DNA of 64,000 nt. Source: Thermoanaerobaculia bacterium. Its GTDB lineage: Bacteria > Acidobacteriota > Thermoanaerobaculia > Multivoradales > JAIOJS01. The stretch covers positions 2,312,202 through 2,376,201 of the forward strand of contig CAWINM010000001.1 in the NCBI GenBank assembly GCA_963837455.1, read 5' to 3'. A program made the position numbers and the translations under genes. Shown piece by piece: positions 18,311 through 28,110 of this stretch. Positions within the stretch are counted from its first letter, which is position 1, and every line of letters starts with the position of its first letter. The notes under the pieces are model-generated. The model was not told the DNA's origin. It saw nothing but the letters and a program-made list of their open reading frames with translations, and ran no database searches.

Positions 18311-19383
18311 GGGACGAGCGGCCCGACCTGCTGGGGCTACCGCGCGGCGAGCTCGCCGTGCTGCTCGCCCCCCTCGTCGACCGTCCGTATCGCATCGAGC
18401 AGGTCTACGCGGCGCTCTACGAGCAAGGGGTGACCGACTTCGACGCCATCACCGAGCTCACGCGTCCGCTGCGCGAGGAGCTCGCGGCTCGCTTCCGCAT
18501 CGGCCTGCCGACGGTCGACACCCGCCACCAGTCGCGCGACGGCACGACCAAGTACCTCTTCCGTCTCGGCGATGGTGCCACCGTCGAGGCCGTCGACATC
18601 CCCGATGGTGGGCGCCGGACGTTCTGCATCTCGAGCCAGGCCGGCTGTGCGATGGGCTGCCGCTTCTGCGTCACCGGCTTCTGGGGCGCCGGGCGCGACC
18701 TCAGCGCCGGTGAGATCGTCGGCCAGGTGCTGGCGATGGCTGGTCGGCTCGCGGCGCAGCAGAGCCTCAACCTGGTGTTCATGGGCATGGGCGAGCCGCT
18801 GCTCAACCTCGACGCCGTCGGAGCCGCCATCGACGTGCTCGGCGAGTGGATCTCGCGGCGCCGCATCACCGTCTCCACCGTTGGCGTGGTGCCGGGGATC
18901 CGGCAGCTCGCCGGCTGGCCGCGGAGGCCCAACCTCGCCGTCTCGCTCCACGCGCCCGACGACGAGCGCCGCACTGCGCTGATGCCCGTCAACCGCAGCT
19001 ATCCGCTCGCCGAGCTGATGGCAGCGCTGCGCGACTTCCCTCTCGAACGCGGGCGCCGCCTCACCTTCGAGTACCTGTTGATCGCCGACTGCAACGACGC
19101 TGCCGGTGATGCCGACGCGCTGGTGGGGCTGCTCGCCCGCTGCGGTCTGCGGGGGCGGGCCAAGGTCAACCTGATCCCCGTCAACCCCGATCCGCTGCTC
19201 GGCGAGCTCATGGTGCCACCCTCGGCCGAGCGCGTTGCCGCCTTCTGTCAGCGGCTGCGCACCGGCGGGATGGTGGCGACCGTCCGCCGGCGCCGCGGCG
19301 ACGACGTCGGCGCCGCCTGCGGTCAGCTGCGCGCCTTCGGCCGCGATCCGCGCGGCTTCCGGCGCAGCAACCTCTCCTGGTGA
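18307..19383 (+). CDS. rlmN: 23S rRNA (adenine2503-C2)-methyltransferase, radical SAM
   Basis: Cys cluster CAMGCRFCVTG, then MGMGEPLLN, plus the typical RlmN N-terminal domain. Confidence 0.9.
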   Translation: MRDERPDLLGLPRGELAVLLAPLVDRPYRIEQVYAALYEQGVTDFDAITELTRPLREELAARFRIGLPTVDTRHQSRDGTTKYLFRLGDGATVEAVDIPDGGRRTFCISSQAGCAMGCRFCVTGFWGAGRDLSAGEIVGQVLAMAGRLAAQQSLNLVFMGMGEPLLNLDAVGAAIDVLGEWISRRRITVSTVGVVPGIRQLAGWPRRPNLAVSLHAPDDERRTALMPVNRSYPLAELMAALRDFPLERGRRLTFEYLLIADCNDAAGDADALVGLLARCGLRGRAKVNLIPVNPDPLLGELMVPPSAERVAAFCQRLRTGGMVATVRRRRGDDVGAACGQLRAFGRDPRGFRRSNLSW

Positions 19384-19390
19384 GGGCGCC

Positions 19391-20137
19391 TCAACGCGCC
19401 CACACGAAGGCGATGTTGCGCCCCGCTCTCGCTCCGTCGCGTCGGAAGCTCCACAGCAGCTCGGGGTGGCAGCGGGTGCAGGGGCCGACCAGGCGCACGT
19501 CGGAGACGCCGGCGCCCAGCAGCTGCAGCACCACGGCGCGGCGGAGGTCGAGGTGCGGCCGCCCGCGTGAGCCCGCGCCGACGACCTCGGCGCCGCTCGC
19601 CGCCACCACGTCCATCGCCACCTCCGGCCCCACCTCGTAGCAGCATGGCCCGATCGCGGGGCCGATCCAGGCGACGCTCCGTTGCGTCGTGGCGGGCGCT
19701 CCCGCAGCCTCCCGCAGCCGCGCCAGGGCCGCCGGCACGACGCCGCCGACGATCCCGCGCCAGCCGGCGTGAGCCGCTGCGACGCGAAGCGTCGTGCCGG
19801 CGAGGTGGGCGAGCAGCACCGGCACGCAGTCGGCGGTGATCACCGACAGCGCCAGGGCCTGGGCAGCGGAGACGAGGGCATCCCCTTCCCCGTGGAAGCC
19901 CGCGGAGCACGCCGCCACCACCCGCGCCGAGTGCACCTGGCGCAGTGCCGCCACCGGCGGCGCCGACGGCTCCACGCGGGCGAGGGTGTCCTGCCGCGAG
20001 CGCTCGAGGCCGCGGCCGACGAATCGCACCTCGACTCCCAGCTCGGCGTCGCTCCACAGCGGGTAGCCACCGGCATCGCGCTGCGGGCCGGCGGCGGAGG
20101 TGACGGGCCCCGCGGGCATGGCCGCGAACGCTAGCAC
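19391..20137 (-). CDS. pgeF: Purine nucleoside phosphorylase / laccase-domain protein YfiH (PgeF)
   Basis: Motifs QVHSARVV, ADCVPVLL, HAGWRG and CTRCHPELLWSFRRD. An alternative start is at 20119. Confidence 0.8.
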   Translation of the reverse strand: MLAFAAMPAGPVTSAAGPQRDAGGYPLWSDAELGVEVRFVGRGLERSRQDTLARVEPSAPPVAALRQVHSARVVAACSAGFHGEGDALVSAAQALALSVITADCVPVLLAHLAGTTLRVAAAHAGWRGIVGGVVPAALARLREAAGAPATTQRSVAWIGPAIGPCCYEVGPEVAMDVVAASGAEVVGAGSRGRPHLDLRRAVVLQLLGAGVSDVRLVGPCTRCHPELLWSFRRDGARAGRNIAFVWAR

Positions 20138-20201
20138 GGCGGCCCGAGCGCACGGAGGGTAAACTAGAGGCGCCCCACCATCGACGCCAGCGACTCCAGG
20201 G

Positions 20202-20909
20202 ATGATCCACTTCTACCGGGTGAGCAAGCACTACCCCGGGGGGCAACGCGCCCTCGACGACGTCAGCTTCCAGATCGAGCGCGGCGAGTTCGCCCTGCTC
20301 ACCGGGCCCAGCGGCGCCGGCAAGACGACGTTGCTGCGGCTCATCTTCCGCCAGGAGGTCCCCACCGCCGGGCAGATCCTCGTCAATGGGCGCAACGTCG
20401 CCTCGTTGCCGCGGCGGAAGATTCCCTTCCTCCGCCGCACCATGGGGGTCGTCTTTCAGGACTTCCGCCTCATCCCGCGAAAGACCGTGTTCGAGAACGT
20501 GTGCTACCTGCCGCGGGTGCTCGGGCTCGACCGCCAGCGCCAGAAGCGCCTCGCACACGACACGCTGCGCCGAGTGGGGCTGGCGCACCGCATGAAGGCG
20601 TTCCCGCTCGAGCTCTCGGGCGGCGAGCAGCAGCGCGTGTCGATCGCGCGTGCGCTCATCAACCAGCCCGAGATCCTCGTTGCCGACGAACCCACTGGCA
20701 ACCTCGACCCCGAGATGGCCCGGGAGATCTTCGAGCTCTTCCTCGAGATCAATCGGCGCGGCACCACCGTGCTCATCGCCACTCACGACGCCCGCCTGCT
20801 CGAACGGCTCGACAAGCGGGTGCTGGGGTTGCGTGCCGGTCAGTTGCAGGAGGACTCGGCGGTGAGCCTGGCCGCCGTGCGGCCACTGTCCGAAGCCGTC
20901 GGCGGGTAG
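20202..20909 (+). CDS. ftsE: Cell division ATP-binding protein FtsE
   Basis: Walker A GPSGAGKTT, ABC signature LSGGEQQRVSIARAL and Walker B ILVADEPTGNLD. Confidence 0.9.
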   Translation: MIHFYRVSKHYPGGQRALDDVSFQIERGEFALLTGPSGAGKTTLLRLIFRQEVPTAGQILVNGRNVASLPRRKIPFLRRTMGVVFQDFRLIPRKTVFENVCYLPRVLGLDRQRQKRLAHDTLRRVGLAHRMKAFPLELSGGEQQRVSIARALINQPEILVADEPTGNLDPEMAREIFELFLEINRRGTTVLIATHDARLLERLDKRVLGLRAGQLQEDSAVSLAAVRPLSEAVGG

Positions 20910-20913
20910 AGCG

Positions 20914-21807
20914 GTGGCGGTCCACCGCGCCTTCGTCTATTTCTTCCGCGAGGCCGCCGTCAACCTCGCTCGCAGCTGGAAGATCAGCCTGGTCGCGGTG
21001 TCGACCATCGCCGTCTCGCTGTTCATCGGCGGCGCTCTGCTGCTGCTACTCGGCAACATCGAGCGCTTGATCGCCGGCTGGCGGAGCGAGGCCAAGGTGA
21101 TCGTCTACCTGCGCCCGGGAGTGCCGCCCGAGCGGGCCGAGGGAGTGCTCGACGAGCTGCGGCGGCCGCCGTGGGTGCGCGGTGTGGCGACGGTGAGCGC
21201 GGCGCAGGCCCGGAAGCGCTTCGAGCGCTACTTCCCGAGCGTCGCCGACCTCGTCCACGGCTGGCAGGACGAGCCGCTGCCGGCCTCGTTCGAGGTCGCC
21301 TTCGACCCCGCTCGGGTCGAGTCAGCCGCCTTCGACGCCTGGTTGCGACGGCTCCGCGAGGCGCCGCCGGTGGGAATGGTGGACGACGACCGCGACTGGG
21401 TGCGCCAGCTCGAGGCGGCGCTGGAGGTGATCGGCGCCGTCGGTCTGGCGCTGGTGGCGGTGCTCATGCTCGCCGCTGTGTTCACCATCGCGAGCGTCAT
21501 CCGACTGACCGCGTACCTCTACCGCGACGAGATCGGCATCATGCGGCTGGTGGGGGCGACCGAGCTCTTCATCCGCGGGCCGTTCTACGTCGAGGGTCTG
21601 CTGCAGGGGCTGCTCGGCGGCACGCTGGCGGTGAGCAGCCTCTACGGTACCTACCGTCTGCTGGTGCCCCATACCCCGCGCAGCTGGCTCGCCGGTGCCC
21701 TCACCAGCAGCTTCCTTGCCCCGCGCGACCAGGTGTTGCTGGTGGCGCTCGGTGCGCTCGCCGGCGTCGTCGGTGCCGTCTCCTCGCTGCGACGCGAGGA
21801 GGTGTGA
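20914..21807 (+). CDS. ftsX: Cell division permease FtsX
   Basis: GTG start 5 nt after ftsE. Four TM segments with a periplasmic loop. EIGIMRLVGAT is typical of FtsX. Confidence 0.85.
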   Translation: MAVHRAFVYFFREAAVNLARSWKISLVAVSTIAVSLFIGGALLLLLGNIERLIAGWRSEAKVIVYLRPGVPPERAEGVLDELRRPPWVRGVATVSAAQARKRFERYFPSVADLVHGWQDEPLPASFEVAFDPARVESAAFDAWLRRLREAPPVGMVDDDRDWVRQLEAALEVIGAVGLALVAVLMLAAVFTIASVIRLTAYLYRDEIGIMRLVGATELFIRGPFYVEGLLQGLLGGTLAVSSLYGTYRLLVPHTPRSWLAGALTSSFLAPRDQVLLVALGALAGVVGAVSSLRREEV

Positions 21808-21828
21808 CGGCAGGCGAGGCCGCCATCG

Positions 21829-23085
21829 TCAGTGGTAGGACTTGACGGAGACGTGCGCCTCGAAGCCGCCTGACGGGCGCAGCGAGTGGGCGACGATGCC
21901 GGTGAGCAAGAACGAGTAGTCGCGGAACCGTACTGCCGCCTCGAAGCCGAGGCCGGAGTCGAGGGCGTAGTTGGCGAAGTCGCCGTAGATGTGGCGGTCG
22001 AATCCGGCGTTTCCCACGCCTGTATAGAAGACGCCGTAGATCGACTCCCAGCGCAGCTTGAGCGCCTGCCGCTCCTGCTCATCGAACCAGGGGACGAACA
22101 GCTCGCTGGTGCCGTAGAGGATTTCGGTGCCGCGGCGAGTCTCGCTGAGGCCCTTGAGCGCGTTGCGGCTGTCGAGCCGGAAGAGCTCGGTCTGCGGGAT
22201 GCCGAAGCGATCCCCCTCGAAGTCCAGCTCGCCTTCGCGGATCCGCACCCGATGCGGAAACGTGCCGCCGTGCAGCCGGGTCACCAGGAACGTCTGCCGC
22301 GGCAGGTCGAAGCGCTTGAGCGCGTCGAGCTCGATCTTGAGGTAGTCGAAGTCTCCCCACAGGTAGTCGAAGCCCCAGGTGGCGGCGCCGGTGATGCCGG
22401 CGCCCCAGGGGCCGATACGCCGGTGGGCGGTGAGCAGTTGCTGGACCTCGGCTCGATTCTCGCCGACCACCGCGTTGGAGCGGGGATCGTCTGGAGTGCC
22501 GAACTGGTGGCCGAGGCGCACGAACGTGTTGGTGCGGTTGCTGGTGAGCGCGAGTTCCTTCTTGTTCGAGCTGATGCGGTCGACCTCGGCGAGCAGGAAG
22601 CTGCGGCTGTAGTAGTCCCACGGCTGCTCGATCAGGAAAAGAGTGCCGCGGGTGCGGAAGAAGTCATTGGAGAGCTGCTCGACGCCGGCGAACTCGATGG
22701 CGTCGAAGAGGCCGAGGCGATAGGTCCGCCGGTAGCCGTAGTAGCGATAGCGGAGGAAGGCGGTGATGTCTCCCTTGACGAAGTTGTACTTCACCTGCCC
22801 CTCGAAGAAGGCGTTGCGCAACGGGCGGTCGAGGCGAAGGTCGAGGTCGCCCTCGGGGAAGTAGACGTCGAGCTTCGGCCAGACGTGCTCCTCCTGGTCG
22901 CGCCGTTCCGCCGCGGAGGGCTCGCCCGCGGGTGCGGGAGCGGCAGGGGACGCCACCGGTGATGGCTCCACCGCCGGCGTCGGAGGCACCGGCAGGGGCA
23001 GCCCCCACGCGGCACTACCAGCAGAGGCCGTCAGGGCCAGCACGAAGAGGCTCGGCCCTCGACGCCAAGCTGGCTTGCCGGGCAT
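21829..23085 (-). CDS. Secreted hypothetical protein, probable outer-membrane beta-barrel
   Basis: ATG at 23085 with signal peptide MPGKPAWRRGPSLFVLALTASAGSAAWG and alternating aromatic and hydrophobic segments. The upstream part of ORF 21829..23652 is a spurious Arg-rich extension. Confidence 0.55.
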   Translation of the reverse strand: MPGKPAWRRGPSLFVLALTASAGSAAWGLPLPVPPTPAVEPSPVASPAAPAPAGEPSAAERRDQEEHVWPKLDVYFPEGDLDLRLDRPLRNAFFEGQVKYNFVKGDITAFLRYRYYGYRRTYRLGLFDAIEFAGVEQLSNDFFRTRGTLFLIEQPWDYYSRSFLLAEVDRISSNKKELALTSNRTNTFVRLGHQFGTPDDPRSNAVVGENRAEVQQLLTAHRRIGPWGAGITGAATWGFDYLWGDFDYLKIELDALKRFDLPRQTFLVTRLHGGTFPHRVRIREGELDFEGDRFGIPQTELFRLDSRNALKGLSETRRGTEILYGTSELFVPWFDEQERQALKLRWESIYGVFYTGVGNAGFDRHIYGDFANYALDSGLGFEAAVRFRDYSFLLTGIVAHSLRPSGGFEAHVSVKSYH

Positions 23086-23132
23086 GCGGCACACCGGGAT
23101 CGGGGCTGGCGAGCGGCGCGCCGCGCCCCGCC

Positions 23133-23954
23133 TCAAGCGACGGCAAGGAACTGCTGCACGCGAGTGAGGAACGACTTCGCCTGGTTCGGCCCCAGCGCTG
23201 AGGAGATCGTCTTTTCCTCGGCGCGGATGAGATCGAGGATGGCGTCGACGCCGCGCCCCGCCTCGAACTCGGCGCGCGAGAGGCGGTACACGTTGTCGAG
23301 CTCGTAGGCCTTGTCGTGGTTGGAGAGCAGCTGGCGAGCCTGCTGGTGAATGCGGTCGGCGAGCCCGGTGAGGTCGCTCTCCGACATCCCCTGCAAGCGG
23401 TCGGTGTGGAGCTTGGCGAGATCCTCCTTGAGCTCGACCAGCCCGGAGGTGATCAGGCCGTAGAGGATCTTGCAGGTCTCGAAGGGGCTGGTGCCGAGGC
23501 CGACGGCGATCTCCTCGATCGAGCGCCGCTCGTCGATCTTGCAGATGAGCGCCCACTCCTGCGGGGTGAAGGAGACCGAGGTGTTGGAGCTCTTCTGAGT
23601 GAAGACGGGCACCAGGCGGGTCGAGGCGATGCGCTTGGAGAGCACCTGCCACTCGTCGATGCGGCGCGCCGCCTCCATCAACAGGTTGGTGTTGGACTTC
23701 TGGATCGACAGCGCGGGCGCCGGCTGGCCGGGCGTGAACACGAACTCGCCCTGCGGCCAGATGGCGAGGTCGTACACCGCCTCCTCACCGACCAGGTCGC
23801 CCACCTGCGCGTGCACGATCTGCCCATCCTGCAGGTAGATGAAGCCCGCCTCGGTGCCGTTCTTGAGGGTGAAGACGCCGGTCTTGCCCGACACCGACAC
23901 CAGCTGAATGATGTCGGGGAGCGGCAGCTCCTTGAGCGAACCCTGGAATGCCAT
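23133..23954 (-). CDS. DUF4388-domain protein
   Basis: N-terminal LKELPLPDIIQLVSVSGKTGVFTL, typical of DUF4388. Confidence 0.75.
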   Translation of the reverse strand: MAFQGSLKELPLPDIIQLVSVSGKTGVFTLKNGTEAGFIYLQDGQIVHAQVGDLVGEEAVYDLAIWPQGEFVFTPGQPAPALSIQKSNTNLLMEAARRIDEWQVLSKRIASTRLVPVFTQKSSNTSVSFTPQEWALICKIDERRSIEEIAVGLGTSPFETCKILYGLITSGLVELKEDLAKLHTDRLQGMSESDLTGLADRIHQQARQLLSNHDKAYELDNVYRLSRAEFEAGRGVDAILDLIRAEEKTISSALGPNQAKSFLTRVQQFLAVA

Positions 23955-24100
23955 GCGAGATTAATGGATCCCGAATCGGATCAGCAGATTGTAGTACACC
24001 GCTGCGGTCCCCTTGCGACCTGCCCGCCTGCCGCGAGCCCGCCCCATTCCTCTTCCGGCGACAGCTCGGCATGTTAACACCGCGGACGAGCCCTTTTTCC

Positions 24101-24628
24101 TCAGCTCCTTGCCCCCGCCGCCGCGGTGGCCCGCCGCAGCGGGCGGCGAGCGGCGAAGCACAGTGCCACCGCCAATGCGTCGGCGGCATCTGGACGCAGG
24201 GCTCCGGCGCCGGGCAACAGCATGGCGACCATGCGGGAGACCTGAACCTTGCCGGCGCGGCCGTTGCCGGTCACGGCGCTCTTGACCTCGGCTGGCGAGT
24301 ACTCCTCGATCGCCACCTCGCGCGCGGCGAGGGTGGCGAGCAGCGCGCCGCGCGCCTGCGCGAGCACGATCAGTGAGCGCGAATTGACGCCGTGGAAGGG
24401 CTCCTCGAGAACTGCCACCGCCGGGCGCCAGCGATCGACCAGCGCGCCGAGCTCGCTGGCGAGCCGTCCCAGGCGGTAGGGAAGCGCGGCCTCCCCTGGC
24501 GGCTCGATGCAGCCGCAGGCGAGAAGCCGACAGCGTGGCCCGGCGACCTCGACGCACCCCCATCCGGTGGTGCGGCTGCCAGGATCGAGGCCCAGCACGC
24601 GCAGCGGATCGCTCGCCTCGCTCGTCAT
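24101..24628 (-). CDS. ruvC: Crossover junction endodeoxyribonuclease RuvC
   Basis: Motifs RVLGLDPGSRTTGWG, AVLEEPFHGVNSRS, YSPAEVK and DAADALAVAL. Confidence 0.85.
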   Translation of the reverse strand: MTSEASDPLRVLGLDPGSRTTGWGCVEVAGPRCRLLACGCIEPPGEAALPYRLGRLASELGALVDRWRPAVAVLEEPFHGVNSRSLIVLAQARGALLATLAAREVAIEEYSPAEVKSAVTGNGRAGKVQVSRMVAMLLPGAGALRPDAADALAVALCFAARRPLRRATAAAGARS

Positions 24629-24774
24629 CGGGACCGCCCTCGATCATAGCCGACGCCGGTGCGTCGCGGCGGCGGCCGAGGGACGCGTAGCGACGCCGTT
24701 GCAGGCGTTTGCATTGACTGCGCTGGCGGCGGGTGCTACAAAGAGGAACCATTTTCAGCTTGGAGTCAGCCCCA

Positions 24775-27700
24775 TGTCCCTGATCCTCGTCATCGAGCAG
24801 GAAGCTCCGTACGCCGAGCGGATCAAGGGCGCGCTCACCGCCGAGGGGTGGACGGTGGAAGTGGTCGACGGTCGCGAGGCGGCGGTGGCGGCGGCAGCCA
24901 ACGGCGCGCCCGACCTGGTGCTGGTGAGCACCGCCGCGCCGGGAGCTGACGAGGTGTTGCGGTCGTTCGCGCGCGCACATGGCGGACCAGGCGCGATGGC
25001 GCTGACGGCAGCCGGTGCCGCCACCCCTGCGGGCGCCGACGGCGCTCTCTCCAAACCTTTCACCGACGAGCAGCTGCGTGTGTCCGTGCGCCGCTGTCTC
25101 TCACGCGGCCAGAAGGCAGCCGCCGAGGCGGCAGCCGCGAGGGCAGCCTCCGCGGGGGCGCAGCTCACTTCCCAGGATCTCTTCGGCGACCTGCTGGCCG
25201 AGGTCGAAGAGGAGGCGTTGCGGGCGGCGCGGCCGGCGCCGGCGCGTCCCGAGCCCGATATCGACAAGCAGCTGCAGCAGACGCTGTCGGGCGTCCTGGA
25301 TGCGAGTGCCCGTCCGGCAGCCAGGCCGGCGTCGGCGGCCCCCGCGACGCCCCACTCGGACCCCGCGCCGCAGCCGACACCCATCGCGCCTGCTGTTGCC
25401 GCCCCGACTACGGCCGCCGCCTCGGCGTCGCCGCCCGTCGCGGCCCCACCGCCCCCGGCGCCCAAGCCGGCACAGCCTTCCCGACCCGCCGCTGCGGCCC
25501 GCGCCCGCGCGGCGGATGCCGCGAGCGGGGAGATCGACGTGCTGCTCAGCCAGACGCTGTCCGGTCTCGGCGTGGCGACGCGTCCGCGCCGGGCGGCGCC
25601 CCATCCGGCCGCCGCGCCCAAGGCTGAGATGCCACCCGCGGCCGTGCCCGCGGCAGCCCACGAGGAGCCCCCCGGGGCCCAGGCCGTGGTGGTCGAGACG
25701 CCCGAGGCGGAGCCGCCCAAGCTCGAGCCCGCGGCGGCCGCCGCGGTGCCGCCCGAGCCGCCTCGTCGCGAGCGCGGCCGTCGCCCGGCCGAGGTGCCTC
25801 CGCCGGTGGTCGTGTTCTCTCCCGTCCCCGACCTGCCGCCGCCAACGGGGGGCTTCGCCACCGTGCGTGTCGAGACCGCACGGCCGGTCCCGCCCGACCA
25901 GTTCGGGCAGTACTCGTTGCTCGATCGCGTCGCGGTGGGCGGCATGGCCGAGGTGTGGAAGGCGCGCATGAAGGGGGTCGAGGGCTTCCAGAAGACGGTG
26001 GCGATCAAGAAGATCCTGCCCCACCTCACCGACAGCGTCGACTTCGTCACCATGTTCATCGACGAGGCCAAGCTGGCGGCCCAGCTCAACCACCCCAACA
26101 TCATCCACATCTACGACCTCGGCAAGCTCGAGGACGACTACTACATAGCCATGGAGTACGTGGAGGGGAGGGACCTGCGGTCCATCCTCAACACCGCCAG
26201 GCGGCGCGAGCAGCCGCTGCCGACCGGCCTCGCACTGCTCATCGCGGCGCGTCTCGCCAGCGCCCTCGACTATGCGCACCGCAAGCGCGACTTCGACAAC
26301 CGTGAGCTCGGGCTCGTGCATCGCGACGTGTCGCCGCAGAACGTGCTGATCAGCTACGAGGGTGACATCAAGCTCTGCGACTTCGGCATCGTCAAGGCGG
26401 TGGCCAAGGCGAGCAAGACGCAGATGGGCGCGCTCAAGGGGAAGCTGCAGTACATGTCCCCCGAGCAGGCGTGGGGGCGGGTCGTCGACGCGCGCTCGGA
26501 CATCTTCTCCCTCGGCGCGGTGCTGTTCGAGATGCTCACCGGTCGCCGCCTGTTCGCCGGCGAGAGCGAGATCTCCGTGCTCGAGGCCGTTCGCGAGTGC
26601 CGCGTGCAGTCGGTGCGCGAGGTCGAGCCCGGCACCTCCGAGGCGGTCGATGCCATCGTGCGGCGCGCCCTCGCCAAGGACCCCGACGACCGCTACCAGA
26701 CCGCCGGCGAGATGCAGAAGGAGCTCGAGAGCGTCCTCTACACCTTCAAGCCGACTCCCAGCCAGGAAGAGCTCGGCGCGCACATGCGACGCCTCTTCAG
26801 CGAAGAGTTGGGTGAGACGGGAGCCACCGACGGCAAGGCGGTGGGTTCGGCGGCCTCGGTGCCGAGCCCCGGGGCCGAAGTCCCGGCGGTGGCGCCGGTC
26901 GGTGGCCTACAGGAGGGCGGCGAAGGGGGGCGCAAGCGTCCGTGGCTGGTGCCCGTTGCGGCAGTGCTGGTGCTCGGCGTCGTCGGAGTCGTCTTCTGGC
27001 TGACTCGTGGCGGCTTCGCTCCCACCGGCGCCGCCGATCGGGCCGCTGCCGCCGCGGCGCCGGCGGCCGCGCCGGCGCCGGCCGCCTCCGCGCCGGTTGT
27101 CCCGGCGCCGACGCCGCTGCCTGCCGCGGCGCCTGCCGACACCGCCGAGATGCAGCGGTTGGTGCAGCAACAGCTGCAGGCGAAGGAAGAGCAGCTCAAG
27201 CAGCAGCTCGAGGAGCAGCGACGCCAGATCGCCGCCCAGCTCAAGAGCGAGCCGGCGCCGAGCGCTGCCTCCTCTCTCAAACCGTCGCCCACGCAAGTCG
27301 CTGCGGTCACGCTGCCGCAGCCCTCTACGGCCCCGACGCAGATCGTCGAAGAGCCGCCGGCAGCGCCTCCAGAAGCCGAGACGGCGGCGGCCGAGGTGGC
27401 CTCCGCTGTGCCCGAGCCGAGCGCCGCGCCGGCGCCTATCGCCGCCGTTCCGGTGGCCCCTCCCCCGCCTCCCAAGCCCGCCATCAACGAAGGCGACCTC
27501 GTCGAGCCCGGCACTCCCGGGCTGACTCCGCCGGCGTTTGTCAGCGTCGAGAAACCGGAGTATCCTGCGCTCGCCAAGCGCTTCGGCGTGCAAGGCGTGG
27601 TGGTGGTTTCGGTCCTGGTCAACGAGCGGGGAGCGGTCGAGCAGGCGCGCATCGTCAAGGGGGTCGCCCAGAAGGTGGGGATCAACGAGGCGGCGCTGGC

Positions 27701-27791
27701 GGCGGCTCGGAGCGCTCGGTACCGGCCAGCCACCGTCGGTGGCGTGCGCGTCAAGACCTGGGCGAATCTCAGCATTCCGTTCAAGCTCTGA
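24775..27791 (+). CDS. Multidomain protein: N-terminal pseudo-receiver, Hanks-type Ser/Thr kinase, TM helix, Ala/Pro-rich spacer and C-terminal TonB-C domain
   Basis: The receiver-like domain has S where the phospho-acceptor Asp should be (PDLVLVSTAAPG) but keeps LSKPF. The kinase has VGGMAEVW, VAIKK, HRDVSPQNVLI, DFG and SPEQ. The TM helix is PWLVPVAAVLVLGVVGVVFWL. The C-terminus is a TonB_C domain (EKPEYPALAKRFGVQGVVVVSVLVNERGAVEQARIVKG...RYRPATVGGVRVKTWANLSIPFKL). Confidence 0.8.
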
Positions 27792-27806
27792 GGGAGGAGC
27801 TCTGCG

Positions 27807-28043
27807 ATGTCGACCCTGAGCGATCAGCAACGCAAGTTCTACGAGAACACCCTGCAGGTGACCAAGCAGGAGATCAACGACCTCGATCGGCAGATCGAGG
27901 AAGAGCTGGCCAAGGTCAAGGAGCGGCTGGCCCAGCTGCAGAATGGCAAGAAGGCGGCGCGACAGATGTACGATGCAGCTTGCTTGCGTCTCGAGATCCC
28001 CAACGACCTCGCCGAAGAGGAAGGCGCCGAGGCCGAGGTCTGA
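27807..28043 (+). CDS. Small coiled-coil hypothetical protein (78 aa)
   Basis: Strong RBS GGGAGGAG 8 nt upstream. The protein is charged with heptad-like repeats. Confidence 0.5.
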   Translation: MSTLSDQQRKFYENTLQVTKQEINDLDRQIEEELAKVKERLAQLQNGKKAARQMYDAACLRLEIPNDLAEEEGAEAEV

Positions 28044-28110
28044 GCGCTCCTGCAGCGGCCCCCCCTCGCGCTGCCGCCGACCAGGACGAGGGGCGCCGCG
28101 CGGCTCTGTG

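Noticed and set aside
24755-26783. Two long minus-strand ORFs (451 and 560 aa) opposite the kinase and TonB-C fusion gene
   Set aside because: They are antisense to an intact 1005-aa multidomain ORF, and their translations are repetitive Gly/Arg/Ala.
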